Shown: piece by piece, positions 8,977 to 17,565 of the stretch
How positions within the stretch are numbered: the stretch's first letter is position 1
How the letters are laid out: every line of letters begins with the position of its first letter
Assembly (NCBI GenBank): GCA_036259475.1
Contig: DATABS010000021.1
Span: 305-64,304, forward strand
From: Acidimicrobiia bacterium
GTDB taxonomy: Bacteria > Actinomycetota > Acidimicrobiia > Spongiisociales > ZC4RG35
Direction: 5' to 3'
DNA: 64,000 bases
Position numbers and translations under genes: made by a program
The notes under the pieces: generated by a model
Seen by the model: only the letters and a program-made list of their open reading frames with translations
Database searches by the model: none
What the model was told of the DNA's origin: nothing

Positions 8977-9750
8977 CACTCAACCCTCGCCGAGAAAGTC
9001 CGTCGCCGCCCGGATGAACTCCGTTCCGCCCACCGCTCTCAGGTGATCGCCGGGAACGATCACCGAGGTGGCGTGAGGAATCGCCCCGGCGAGAACGTGG
9101 GGCTCGGCCGCTAGGGCGTCGTCCTCTCCGGCGATGACCAGCGTGGGAACCGACAGCCGGTCGAGGGCGAACCCGCCCTGGTGGATCGACCGGGCATGAG
9201 CGGCCAGGGGCGCCCGTTACGTTCATCGCCTCGGCGAACCGGCGGAACTGGCGGGCAGTCTCATCTTCGATCGTCCCCGGGTCGTCGACCTCCAGGGCTC
9301 GAGCGAGCAGTTCAGGGTCCACGGCCGTTCCTCCGTCGGTCACGACCGTCTTTCCTACGCCGCCTAACACCAGACGACGGAGCCGCGGGTCCTCGCCGGC
9401 GATGAGCAGCCCCACCATGGCCCCCATCGAGTACCCCATGAGATCGAAGGCGTCGAACCGGAGGTGGTCGACGAGCTCTCGCGTATCGGCCGCCATCCGA
9501 GGCTCCCCGTAGAGCTCAGGCTCAAGCGGCTTCCCCGACCTGCCGTGGCCCCGGGCGTCTGGGGCGACAACGGCGCGGCCCGCTTCGATCAGCGCGTCCA
9601 GTACTCCGGTGGTCACCCAGTTCGACTCGCCGGTGGCGATGAAGCCATGGAGCAACACCACCGGAACTCCGGACCCGTCCCACCAACGGAAGAAGATCTC
9701 GACGCCGTCCGAGGCGACGAACATCTCAGTCTTCGGCGATCGGCCGATCA
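8976..9750 (-). pseudogene. Alpha/beta hydrolase, frameshifted (or indel error) near 9205-9215
   Basis: N-terminal part MIGRSPKTEMFVASDGVEIFFRWWDGSGVPVVLLHGF...GYSMGAMVG...AEAMNVT reads in one frame. The C-terminal part APLAAHARSIHQGGFALDRLSVPTLVIAGEDDALAAEPHVLAGAIPHATSVIVPGDHLRAVGGTEFIRATDFLGEG* continues in the +1 frame. I translated the 8976-9215 minus strand by hand. The shift sits at an ACGGGCGCC G-run. Confidence 0.6.
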
Positions 9751-9826
9751 TCGGTCGGAGTGTCGGTCTCTGTCTGCGCCGCCCAGCTCCGCTCTCCGCG
9801 GCGAACCGATCTCCGGTGGCCATCCG

Positions 9827-10324
9827 TCACTCGGCGCGGCGGCCGGCCGAGAGAAACTGGATGACCTCGTCGGCGTTGCGCTCGGGCGGGAAGACGGGAT
9901 AGAAGACGCGCCGGATGATCCCTCGGTCGGCTACCAGCGTCACGCGCTTGAAGAGGGTCATGTTGTCCACCGTGAAAGTCGGTAGCCGCAATGGCGGGTC
10001 GGCCAGCCGCAGGTCCGAGTCGTTGAGAATGGGAAACGGCAGATGCATCCGGGCGGTGAATTCCTCCTGCTCTTGAGCCGGTTGGGCGCTCACGCCCCGT
10101 ACGGTGGCGTCCAGATCCCGCAGTTCGGTGTGGTGGTCCCGGAAGGCGCACGACTGAGGGGTGCAGCCCCGGGCGCCGGGAATGAGGTCCCAATCATCGG
10201 GCAAGGCGATTCCGGGTCCGCCCGAACGCGGGTAAACGTAAAGAACCAGCCAGCGGGTTGCTGCTCCGCCCAGACGTTCGAAGCCGCCACCGGTGGAGCG
10301 AAAAGCCAGATCAGGCAGTTCCAT
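9827..10324 (-). CDS. Peroxiredoxin (AhpC/TSA, BCP/PrxQ-like)
   Basis: Redoxin fold with a CTPQSC peroxidatic/resolving Cys pair; 165 aa. Confidence 0.8.
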   Translation of the reverse strand: MELPDLAFRSTGGGFERLGGAATRWLVLYVYPRSGGPGIALPDDWDLIPGARGCTPQSCAFRDHHTELRDLDATVRGVSAQPAQEQEEFTARMHLPFPILNDSDLRLADPPLRLPTFTVDNMTLFKRVTLVADRGIIRRVFYPVFPPERNADEVIQFLSAGRRAE

Positions 10325-10433
10325 CCCGATGAGGTGATCGCACGCCCCGTCGTCGACGGGCTCGGGAAGATCAGCCGGAAGGCGCGTCAGGTCGGTGATC
10401 CGCCAACCCTAGAGCCAGGGCCGGCGGCGCCGC

Positions 10434-10916
10434 TCACGAGAGCCACCGATGGGTGGCGGCAGCGGTCAACCCGTACCCGGCGTGGGGGATGACGTCGGCC
10501 AACCAATCGCGTGCGGTCCAGTCGTTCGGGTCGGTCACCCCCGCCAGGACGGCCGGGATGTTGCCCGGGACCATGGCGGCGATCGTCAGCACCGTCGCTC
10601 CCACAGGCAGGGACAGCCGGCTTCTCCGACGCAGGAAAAACGCATAGGTGGTGGCCAGCCCCAGTCCGGCGGCATAGCCCATCAACGCTCCCAGCCCCTG
10701 GCTCCGATTGGATTTGCTGTCGTGGTCTGGCCCGAGATCGACGCCGACCGAGCCGGCCAGCTGCTTCGCCATCTCTGCTGGGACCTGGCTGGCGGGACGC
10801 CCCCTCCACACCATGTCGAGGTAAGTGAGTCCGTTCAGAGCCAGTGTGCCGGCGGCGCCGGCGAGGAGCCCCCGCACCGCGGCCTCCGACCAACCTGCTT
10901 CCTGCATGCGTCGCAC
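10434..10916 (-). CDS. Hypothetical membrane protein
   Basis: Several hydrophobic helices. The gene is directly abutted by the upstream gene (stop at 10917), suggesting an operon. Confidence 0.55.
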   Translation of the reverse strand: MRRMQEAGWSEAAVRGLLAGAAGTLALNGLTYLDMVWRGRPASQVPAEMAKQLAGSVGVDLGPDHDSKSNRSQGLGALMGYAAGLGLATTYAFFLRRRSRLSLPVGATVLTIAAMVPGNIPAVLAGVTDPNDWTARDWLADVIPHAGYGLTAAATHRWLS

Positions 10917-11282
10917 TCAGCCCTCCGTCCGGTTCGCAGCCTCCACCGGAGTCTCCGCCAACGATCGGTGGAGCCGGAAGGTCTCCTCTTCGGTACGCGC
11001 CTCGTCGACGAACGACAGGAACTCGCCCGCGAGGCGGGCGAAGTCACTCCGGTCGGCTCGGGCCGCCGCCCGGAAGTTGAACTCGTTGGCCCGCCGCCAC
11101 CTCCAGACCTGATACAGGTCGCACCGAGGCTCCGATGCCCAGACCGGGGCGTAGGTCCCCAGATACTCGAGCCCCTCGGGGGCGGCACGGGCCAGTTCCG
11201 GTTCGTTCGTCACGAGCCATGCCTGTAGATCCTCGAGCGCCGCCGGCCGGATGAAAAACCCCCACTCGTATATCAAGGCCAT
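10917..11282 (-). CDS. Hypothetical protein (121 aa)
   Basis: Plausible amino-acid composition and tight coupling to the downstream gene. No family recognised. Confidence 0.5.
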   Translation of the reverse strand: MALIYEWGFFIRPAALEDLQAWLVTNEPELARAAPEGLEYLGTYAPVWASEPRCDLYQVWRWRRANEFNFRAAARADRSDFARLAGEFLSFVDEARTEEETFRLHRSLAETPVEAANRTEG

Positions 11283-11344
11283 GGCCTCGCTCCTCGCTCG
11301 CGGTCGTTCGACTCCTCAATTGTGGCGCGTCGTCGCCGGGCGCG

Positions 11345-12748
11345 TCACGGCTCCAGGAACACGGGATACTCGCGGATGTCAACGCGGCTTCCGTCGGCGG
11401 CCGAATCGACCCACACGATCAGTGCCCCTCGCTGGGGTTGGTCGACGTCGTAGTCGATCGTGAAGTCGAATGGCGCCCATCCGACTCCCGAGGCCGACAT
11501 GGCGAAGCCTTCCTCGATTATCACACCGTCCCCATCGGTCAGCGCGAACTGGAAAGTCGCCTCGAACACCGCCGCCGTACCCGTCACGCGCAACGGGTCG
11601 GGCGCCGGGCCCCCGTAGGTGGGCTCTTCCAACGATATCGACGCCTGGAAGTCCAGGTAGTCGTCGCGGGTCACCGGGCGGTCGACGAAGGCGCCGTTGT
11701 CCGTCCGGGTCGACACCGCCGTTCCGTCCTGGCGGATTGTCACGCTCGAGATCGAGTCGAAGCGGGTGAGAGTGAAGACGACCTGCGCCACCCGCCTCGA
11801 TGCCGACTCCGAGTCCTCCTCGGAAGCGAATTCGCTCGACAGGTCGACCGTTGCCACCTCCCCGTCGATGTCGATCGAGTTCAATTCGGTGCCCGCCGGA
11901 ATCTCGGTGGACACCGCGGGAATCGATGACGACTCGTCGGAGGTCGGGCCCGCCAGCAGCGCCTCGATCGATGCCTCCGCCACGGCCACCGTCTCGGCTA
12001 CCCGACGGTGGACGGGGGCGACGAACGGTCCGGTGCGTCCCTGATGGCCTTCCTCGTCGAGGAAGAAGTAGGGCGCTACGGCCATCGCCGGCGGCGGAGT
12101 CCTGGGTTGCAGTTCGAGGGCGCGAGCGAGGAACGACGCCATCTGGTCGCGGCGGACCAGGTCGGACGGGCAATAGCGATCATTGGCGGGCGGGTTGCAG
12201 CCCTGGGTGACCCCCGCCGTCCCCAGCCGGTCGATGTCACCTTCGAAGATCGAGTCGTCGTCGTCGACGAAGAGGTCGCCTCCGCCGGAATCGGTGTAGC
12301 CGAAACCCCGGACGAGAAACGCCGCCATTTGACCCCGGGTGACGAACTCGTTCGGACAGAACTCGTCGTTGTCCGGCGGGTTGCAGCCGCGCGTCACGCC
12401 GGCGGCGGCGAGCGCATCTATGTCCTGCTCGAAGACCGAGTCGTCGTCGTCGACGAAATGGTCGGTGCCGGAGGCATCGAGAGTGAGTGCCCGGTTCAGG
12501 AATGCGGCCATCTGCCCCCGGGTCACCGGCTGGTCCGGGCAGTAGCGGTCGTTCTCAGGCGGGTTGCAGCCCCGGGTGATGGCCTCGGCGGCGATCGCTT
12601 CGATGTTGCCTTCGTGGATGTTGCCGTCGTCGTCGACGAAGGTTCCCCCCGGCGGCAGTTCGGTCTGCGCTCCGGCCACCAGCGTGGTCATCATCAGGGC
12701 GGCGAGCACGGCGATTCCGGTGCCATGGCGCAAGCTACGTCGAAACAT
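11345..12748 (-). CDS. Secreted protein with three SLH-like repeats followed by GerMN and Gmad2 (Ig-like) domains
   Basis: Signal peptide MFRRSLRHGTGIAVLAALMMTTLVAGAQT. Three ~50-aa repeats, FVDDDxxI/FExxIxxLxxAGVTxGCNPPxNDxxCPxxxVTRGQMAAFLxRAL, each with a Cys pair. The C-terminal half matches GerMN plus Gmad2 wording. Good AAGAGGAG SD. Confidence 0.75.
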   Translation of the reverse strand: MFRRSLRHGTGIAVLAALMMTTLVAGAQTELPPGGTFVDDDGNIHEGNIEAIAAEAITRGCNPPENDRYCPDQPVTRGQMAAFLNRALTLDASGTDHFVDDDDSVFEQDIDALAAAGVTRGCNPPDNDEFCPNEFVTRGQMAAFLVRGFGYTDSGGGDLFVDDDDSIFEGDIDRLGTAGVTQGCNPPANDRYCPSDLVRRDQMASFLARALELQPRTPPPAMAVAPYFFLDEEGHQGRTGPFVAPVHRRVAETVAVAEASIEALLAGPTSDESSSIPAVSTEIPAGTELNSIDIDGEVATVDLSSEFASEEDSESASRRVAQVVFTLTRFDSISSVTIRQDGTAVSTRTDNGAFVDRPVTRDDYLDFQASISLEEPTYGGPAPDPLRVTGTAAVFEATFQFALTDGDGVIIEEGFAMSASGVGWAPFDFTIDYDVDQPQRGALIVWVDSAADGSRVDIREYPVFLEP

Positions 12749-12967
12749 CTTTCTGCTCCTCTTGTCCTCTTTCCGACTGTATGCCTGCTGCTGTCGTTAC
12801 CCAGCCAGGACCCTGAGTGGGCGACCTGCGGTGGGGGCAGGACCCGGGTTCTCACCTATGGTCATAGAGCCGGTCGGGCCGTAGGTTGGAGTCATGCGAA
12901 CCCGTCGGCCGATGGATCGGCCGTGAAGCTCGAAGACCCGACGGTACGGACCCGCCGCTTCTCCACG

Positions 12968-13738
12968 ATGTGGGTCGCGGTCGCCGGGGTGACTGTCTCC
13001 GCCCTAATCGTCTATCTGGCATGGCCGTGGATCTCCACGTTCACCGACCCGGATAGAGCCCGGCGCCTGGTGGAAGACGCCGGGGCTTGGGGTCCACTGG
13101 TCCTGATCGGCATGCAGGTGATCCAGGTGCTGCTCGCCCCGATACCGGGCCAGATCACAGGACTGGTCGGGGGATTCCTGTTCGGGCCGATCCTCGGCGT
13201 CGTCTACACGGTGATCGGCTCGACGATCGGTTTCACCCTCGTCTTCCTCCTCGCCCGAAAACTCGGTCGGCCCTTCGTCGAGCGGTTCGTCAGCCCTACC
13301 TTTCTGGAGCGGTTCGACCACCTCGCCGGCACGCGAGGCACGCTGGCTCTGTTCCTCGTCTTCCTGCTGCCCGTCTTCCCCGATGACCTGATTTCATTCG
13401 TCGCCGGGCTGACGCGGATCCCGATCCGCACCTTGATCTTCATCTCCGTGCTCGGCCGGCTACCCGGCTACATCCTCCTGAGTGTCGGGGGCGACGGTCT
13501 CGCCGCCGAAAATCTCAACCCGGTCATCGTCATAGGGGTCGCCATGGCGCTCATCTCCGCCGTGGCCTACTGGAAACGGGCCTGGCTGAGCGAAATGGTG
13601 GAGAGCGGCGACGTCGTCGGCTACGTACGGGAACACTGGACCCTGTCTCCGCTCGTGACGACGTTGCTGATCGTGGGAATCGCCGGGGTGTCGGTCCTTC
13701 TGTACATGGCAGCCACCATCACTCCGATCCTGCCTTGA
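12968..13738 (+). CDS. TVP38/TMEM64 (DedA-like) family membrane protein
   Basis: ATG at 12968 (alternative in-frame GTG at 12923). Has the typical GxxxVxxLLxPIPG core (VIQVLLAPIPGQITGLVGG). The upstream part of the tracked ORF is antisense to the SLH gene and is rejected. Confidence 0.75.
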   Translation: MWVAVAGVTVSALIVYLAWPWISTFTDPDRARRLVEDAGAWGPLVLIGMQVIQVLLAPIPGQITGLVGGFLFGPILGVVYTVIGSTIGFTLVFLLARKLGRPFVERFVSPTFLERFDHLAGTRGTLALFLVFLLPVFPDDLISFVAGLTRIPIRTLIFISVLGRLPGYILLSVGGDGLAAENLNPVIVIGVAMALISAVAYWKRAWLSEMVESGDVVGYVREHWTLSPLVTTLLIVGIAGVSVLLYMAATITPILP

Positions 13739-13775
13739 CCGTCGCCGATGAATCGGCCCGGCTGAGGGAGTCGAT

Positions 13776-13809
13776 ACTGACGAGGATGTCAGTACCACTG
13801 ACTCAGTGA
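13776..13809. promoter_or_regulatory. Two adjacent palindromes (TACTGAC-N6-GTCAGTA and CACTGA-C-TCAGTG) upstream of the VOC gene
   Basis: Seen directly, 30-60 nt upstream of the GAGGAGGAACA-ATG start at 13841. Confidence 0.3.
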
Positions 13810-13840
13810 CGCGAAGCCGCCCCGGCGGCGAGGAGGAACA

Positions 13841-14221
13841 ATGCCGAAACTCGACAGCATGCTGTTGGCGAGCAGGAATCCGGATCGCCTGGGAACCTGG
13901 TACGCCTCCGCCCTGGAACCCGACGAGGACACGCGCCAGGACCAGTACCGGGTGCTCTCTTTCGGAGGTTTTTACATCCTCGTCGACGAAAGGGACGACG
14001 TCTCCGAAATCAACCCCGAGCCAGGCCGGATCATCCTCAACTTCGACGTGAGCGATGCCCGGGCTGTCGTCGAGCGTCTCGACGGGATGGGCGTCGAGTG
14101 GGTGGCCCCGCTGGAGGACCGGAACGGAAGCCTGTTCGCCACCGCCCGCGACCCCGACGGCAACTACGTGCAGATCATCGAACTGAGTGAGGAAGCCCGG
14201 GCCGCCATGGAGGCCGGTTAG
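13841..14221 (+). CDS. VOC family protein (glyoxalase / bleomycin resistance / dioxygenase fold)
   Basis: 126 aa ending DPDGNYVQIIEL, with a strong SD. Confidence 0.8.
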   Translation: MPKLDSMLLASRNPDRLGTWYASALEPDEDTRQDQYRVLSFGGFYILVDERDDVSEINPEPGRIILNFDVSDARAVVERLDGMGVEWVAPLEDRNGSLFATARDPDGNYVQIIELSEEARAAMEAG

Positions 14222-14225
14222 AGGG

Positions 14226-14412
14226 TCACCGGCTGACGATCTGGATCAGGTTGCCGCAGGTGTCGTCGAACACGGCGGTTGTCACCGGACGCCAGCGTCT
14301 GGCCATCGCGCTCGGCCAGTTCGTCGAGGATGGCCCGGCGGGCCGGGGCAGCCAGGGCCTGGAATACATCGCCCACCGGATGCACCATGCCCAAGTAATC
14401 ACTTGCAGGCAA
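14226..14412 (-). pseudogene. Frameshifted gene remnant: ArsR-type HTH-like N-terminus (VFQALAAPARRAILDELAERDGQTL) continuing out of frame into a VOC-like tail (TAVFDDTCGNLIQIVSR*)
   Basis: My hand translation of the minus strand shows the two pieces in adjacent frames. There is no intact upstream half. It lies convergent to the intact VOC gene. Confidence 0.3.
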
Positions 14413-14506
14413 GTCACAGCTTGGTTATGTCCGTCTCTCCGACCGTGGCATACCTCGGCCGCGGGCGATAGGTTGAGCGTCACCGGCGCGCGGAAGGAAA
14501 GGGCAG

Positions 14507-14797
14507 ATGACGAGCGGAGAGGCGGGATCGCCCGATCAGGAGAAGGCGACCGTCGAGGATCTCAAAGTCGAAGGCGAACATCTCCTGTCGAAGGTGCGCG
14601 AGCTGATCCACGAGGGGAACGTGCGAAGGATCATCATCAAGAACGACGAGGGCCGAACGCTCATGGAGATACCTCTCACTCTCGGGGTCGCCGGCGTGGT
14701 CATCCTCCCGACACTCGCCGCGGTGGGTGCCATCGCCGCTCTCGTCACCGAGTGCACGATCACCGTTGAGCGGGTGGAGGGTACCCCTGGTACGTGA
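14507..14797 (+). CDS. DUF4342 domain protein
   Basis: NVRRIIIKNDEGRTLMEIPLTLGVAGVVILPTLAAVGAIAALVTECTITVER is the characteristic DUF4342 block. Confidence 0.75.
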   Translation: MTSGEAGSPDQEKATVEDLKVEGEHLLSKVRELIHEGNVRRIIIKNDEGRTLMEIPLTLGVAGVVILPTLAAVGAIAALVTECTITVERVEGTPGT

Positions 14798-14810
14798 TTC
14801 GGCCGGGGGG

Positions 14811-15596
14811 GTGCCCCGGTTCGTCGACGAACTGCCCTCGCCTTTCGGCGACGAGTTCGATGATGAGGTGGACGGCCGCCTTCCCGCGGTTTTCCTCGAC
14901 TACGACGGGACTCTCGCCCCGATCGTCTCTCATCCGGGCGACGCCCGCCTCGCCGAGTCGACGCGGACGGCCCTGACGGCCCTGGCGGGCCGGGTGCCGG
15001 TGGCCATCGTCAGCGGACGCGACCGGGACGACGTCGCCGACATGGTGGGGCTGGAGGGAATCCATTACGCCGGCAGCCACGGCTTCGACATCTCCGGACC
15101 GGACGGGCTGCGTGAGGAGCGGGGCGGCGACTATCGAGACTCCGTTTCCGGCGCCGCCGGGGAATTGAAGGACAGGCTTGGACATATCGATGGGGTCTGG
15201 GTGGAGGGAAAGAAGTATGCCGCGGCTGTCCACTTCCGCCAGGCGAGCCCCGACGCCGCCGAGGAGATCCACCGGGCGGTCCGCCACGTCGCTTCCCGAC
15301 ACGACGACCTGAGGGTCTCCGGAGGGAAGAAGATCTTCGAACTGCGGCCCGACCTGGATTGGGACAAAGGCCGGGCAGTTGTGTGGCTGCTCGGCGTCAT
15401 GGGACTCGACCGCCCCGACGTCGTTCCGGTCTACCTGGGTGACGACGAGACCGACGAGGACGTGTTCCGGGCATTCGAGGAGCGCGAGGGAATCGGGATC
15501 GTCGTCGGAACCGATCACCGCCTCACCCTGGCCGACTATTCACTCACCGGCCCGGACGAGGTGACGGACTTCTTGAACCACCTCATGCGCCTCTAG
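14811..15596 (+). CDS. otsB: Trehalose-6-phosphate phosphatase OtsB (HAD-IIB)
   Basis: DYDGTL (motif I) ... VSGR ... GDDETDED (motif IV). GTG at 14811 after a GGGGGGG run (first in-frame start after the upstream stop). The start is uncertain by a few codons. Confidence 0.8.
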   Translation: MPRFVDELPSPFGDEFDDEVDGRLPAVFLDYDGTLAPIVSHPGDARLAESTRTALTALAGRVPVAIVSGRDRDDVADMVGLEGIHYAGSHGFDISGPDGLREERGGDYRDSVSGAAGELKDRLGHIDGVWVEGKKYAAAVHFRQASPDAAEEIHRAVRHVASRHDDLRVSGGKKIFELRPDLDWDKGRAVVWLLGVMGLDRPDVVPVYLGDDETDEDVFRAFEEREGIGIVVGTDHRLTLADYSLTGPDEVTDFLNHLMRL

Positions 15597-15646
15597 ACGA
15601 AACATGTTTTGGCGTCGTCCCGGCGTGGTCATAGCCTTTACCCTGC

Positions 15647-16261
15647 ATGCGTTTCCGCGGTCCCCGGTTCATGGTGGCGGTTGTCAGCTGCTGGGCGCTG
15701 GCCGCCTGTTCCGGCGGTGGGATGGCTGCTTCGGACCTGCAGGGAGTGCCGGTGGAGGACCCCACCCCCAAACCGGAGTTCACCCTGACCGACACGGAGG
15801 GCCGGCCATACGACTTCGCTGAGGAGACCCGAGGCCAGCTCACGCTACTCTATTTCGGCTACACGCATTGTCCCGATATCTGCCCGGTCCATCTCGCCCA
15901 GATCGCCGAGACCTTCGATCAGATCCCAGAGGTCGCCAGTGCGACCGAGATGGTGTTCGTCACCGTGGACCCCGAGCGCGACACCCCCCAGGTACTCCGG
16001 GAATTCCTCGACAACTTCGACTCGCGCTTCGTCGGGCTCACCGGGACCCCGGCGGAGCTGGAATCCGCTCAGGAGGCGGTAGGGGTGACGCCGGCATTCA
16101 AGGAGGGCGAGGGTGACGACTACACCGTGCAGCATGCCGGCCAGGTATTCGCCTGGGCAGCGGACGGCCTCCTCTATGCCGAGTATCCCTTCGGGACCCG
16201 GCAGCAGACGTGGGTCAACGACCTTGCCCTGCTCGCCGAGATCGAGCCGGCGGCGCGATGA
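15647..16261 (+). CDS. SCO1/SenC family copper chaperone (thioredoxin-like lipoprotein)
   Basis: Lipoprotein signal ending AACSGG, and the CxxxC motif HCPDICP. Confidence 0.85.
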   Translation: MRFRGPRFMVAVVSCWALAACSGGGMAASDLQGVPVEDPTPKPEFTLTDTEGRPYDFAEETRGQLTLLYFGYTHCPDICPVHLAQIAETFDQIPEVASATEMVFVTVDPERDTPQVLREFLDNFDSRFVGLTGTPAELESAQEAVGVTPAFKEGEGDDYTVQHAGQVFAWAADGLLYAEYPFGTRQQTWVNDLALLAEIEPAAR

Positions 16262-16262
16262 G

Positions 16263-16736
16263 ATGCGAAGGCGGGTCATCCTGGTGACGGCCATGCTGAT
16301 TTCGGCCTGCGGCGCGGGTGAGACCACCGGCATCGCCATCTCCGACGCCCGGCTGGGTGAGCCCACGGGACCCAACGCCGCCCTGTACCTCACGGTCACC
16401 ACCGATGCCGCCGACCGCCTTCTGGGTGCCTCCACCGACGCCGCCGCCTCCGTCGAACTGCACGAGACGACCAGCAACGACGACGGCACGGTGTCGATGC
16501 AGCCTGCAGCGGGGTTCGACGTCGCCCCCGATGAGCCTTTGGTGCTCGAGCCGGGCGGGAAGCATGCCATGCTGATCGACGCCGACCGCCTGGCCCGGGG
16601 GGATTCCGTCGAGGTGGTCCTCGTATTCGAGTCTGCCGGCGAGGTGAGCGTCACCGCCGACGTCGTCGACCCCCAGGACGTGCTGGGGGCGGAGAGGAGC
16701 ACGATGAGCCCTGAACTGTCGGAGCGCGGCCGGTGA
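16263..16736 (+). CDS. Copper chaperone PCu(A)C (DUF461)
   Basis: Lipobox LISACGAG. H..M-type wording (MLIDAD, VELHETT). The start sits 2 nt after the SCO stop. Confidence 0.8.
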   Translation: MRRRVILVTAMLISACGAGETTGIAISDARLGEPTGPNAALYLTVTTDAADRLLGASTDAAASVELHETTSNDDGTVSMQPAAGFDVAPDEPLVLEPGGKHAMLIDADRLARGDSVEVVLVFESAGEVSVTADVVDPQDVLGAERSTMSPELSERGR

Positions 16737-17539
16737 TCTCCTGGTGGTGTGTCGCCCTGGAAAAGCCCTGGTCGTGGGAGTGGATTCCCTATCCGGGCAT
16801 CTGGCTGGCGGCGCTGATTCCCAGCGCCTGGTACCTGCGTATCACCGCCCGGAGCGACTACCCGACCAGCCGCCGCCAGAGGCTCCAGTTCCTGGCCGGT
16901 ATGGCCGTGTTCTGGATCGCCTCGGACTGGCCGCTGGGGACGCTCGGCGCCGGCTATCTCGCTTCCGCTCACATGGCCCAGTTCCTCCTGTACACGTTGG
17001 GAGCAGCGCCGCTCCTCATGCTGGGAACACCCGACTGGATGGCAGAACGAGTCATCTCCCGCCTGCGTATCCGCCGCCCGGTGCGCTGGCTGAGCCGATC
17101 ACTCGTGGTGTCGGGAGTCATCTACAACATGACGCTCGCCATCACCCATTCACCGGGCGTCGTGTCCCTGCTGAGAACGAGCCAGGTGGGCTCGTTCGCA
17201 ATGGACGTTGTCTGGCTCCTCGCCGGTCTCATCCTGTGGGCCCCGGTCATCGCCCCCGTCCGTTCGCTGCGCCACCCCAGCGAACTGGGTCGGATCGCCT
17301 ACTTGTTCACCGCCACCAGCCTCGTGGCGGTGATCCCGGCCAGCTTCCTCACCTTCACCACCATGCCGATCTACAGCATCTACGAACTGGCTCCGCGGAT
17401 CGGCTCACTCACAGCCCGGGCCGACCAGCAGCTCGCCGGAATCGTGATGAAGCTCGGCTCCATCCCGGTCATCTGGTCGACGATCGCTGTGCTGTGGTTC
17501 CGGTGGGCTTCGTCGGAAAGCCGCCAGCCGGCGATCTGA
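16733..17539 (+). CDS. Cytochrome c oxidase assembly factor CtaG (Caa3_CtaG family membrane protein)
   Basis: A polytopic membrane protein overlapping the PCuAC stop (ATGA), in a Sco-PCuAC-CtaG arrangement. Confidence 0.8.
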   Translation: MISWWCVALEKPWSWEWIPYPGIWLAALIPSAWYLRITARSDYPTSRRQRLQFLAGMAVFWIASDWPLGTLGAGYLASAHMAQFLLYTLGAAPLLMLGTPDWMAERVISRLRIRRPVRWLSRSLVVSGVIYNMTLAITHSPGVVSLLRTSQVGSFAMDVVWLLAGLILWAPVIAPVRSLRHPSELGRIAYLFTATSLVAVIPASFLTFTTMPIYSIYELAPRIGSLTARADQQLAGIVMKLGSIPVIWSTIAVLWFRWASSESRQPAI

Positions 17540-17565
17540 ACACTCTTCGGACCACCGGCTTCGCA

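Noticed and set aside
12887-12919. Tiny ORF MRTRRPMDRP* between the SLH gene and dedA as a leader peptide
   Set aside because: No SD, no attenuator-like structure and only 10 codons; most likely chance.
12008-12967. First 320 aa of ORF 12008..13738
   Set aside because: Antisense to the SLH-repeat gene. The DedA homology starts at the Met at 12968.
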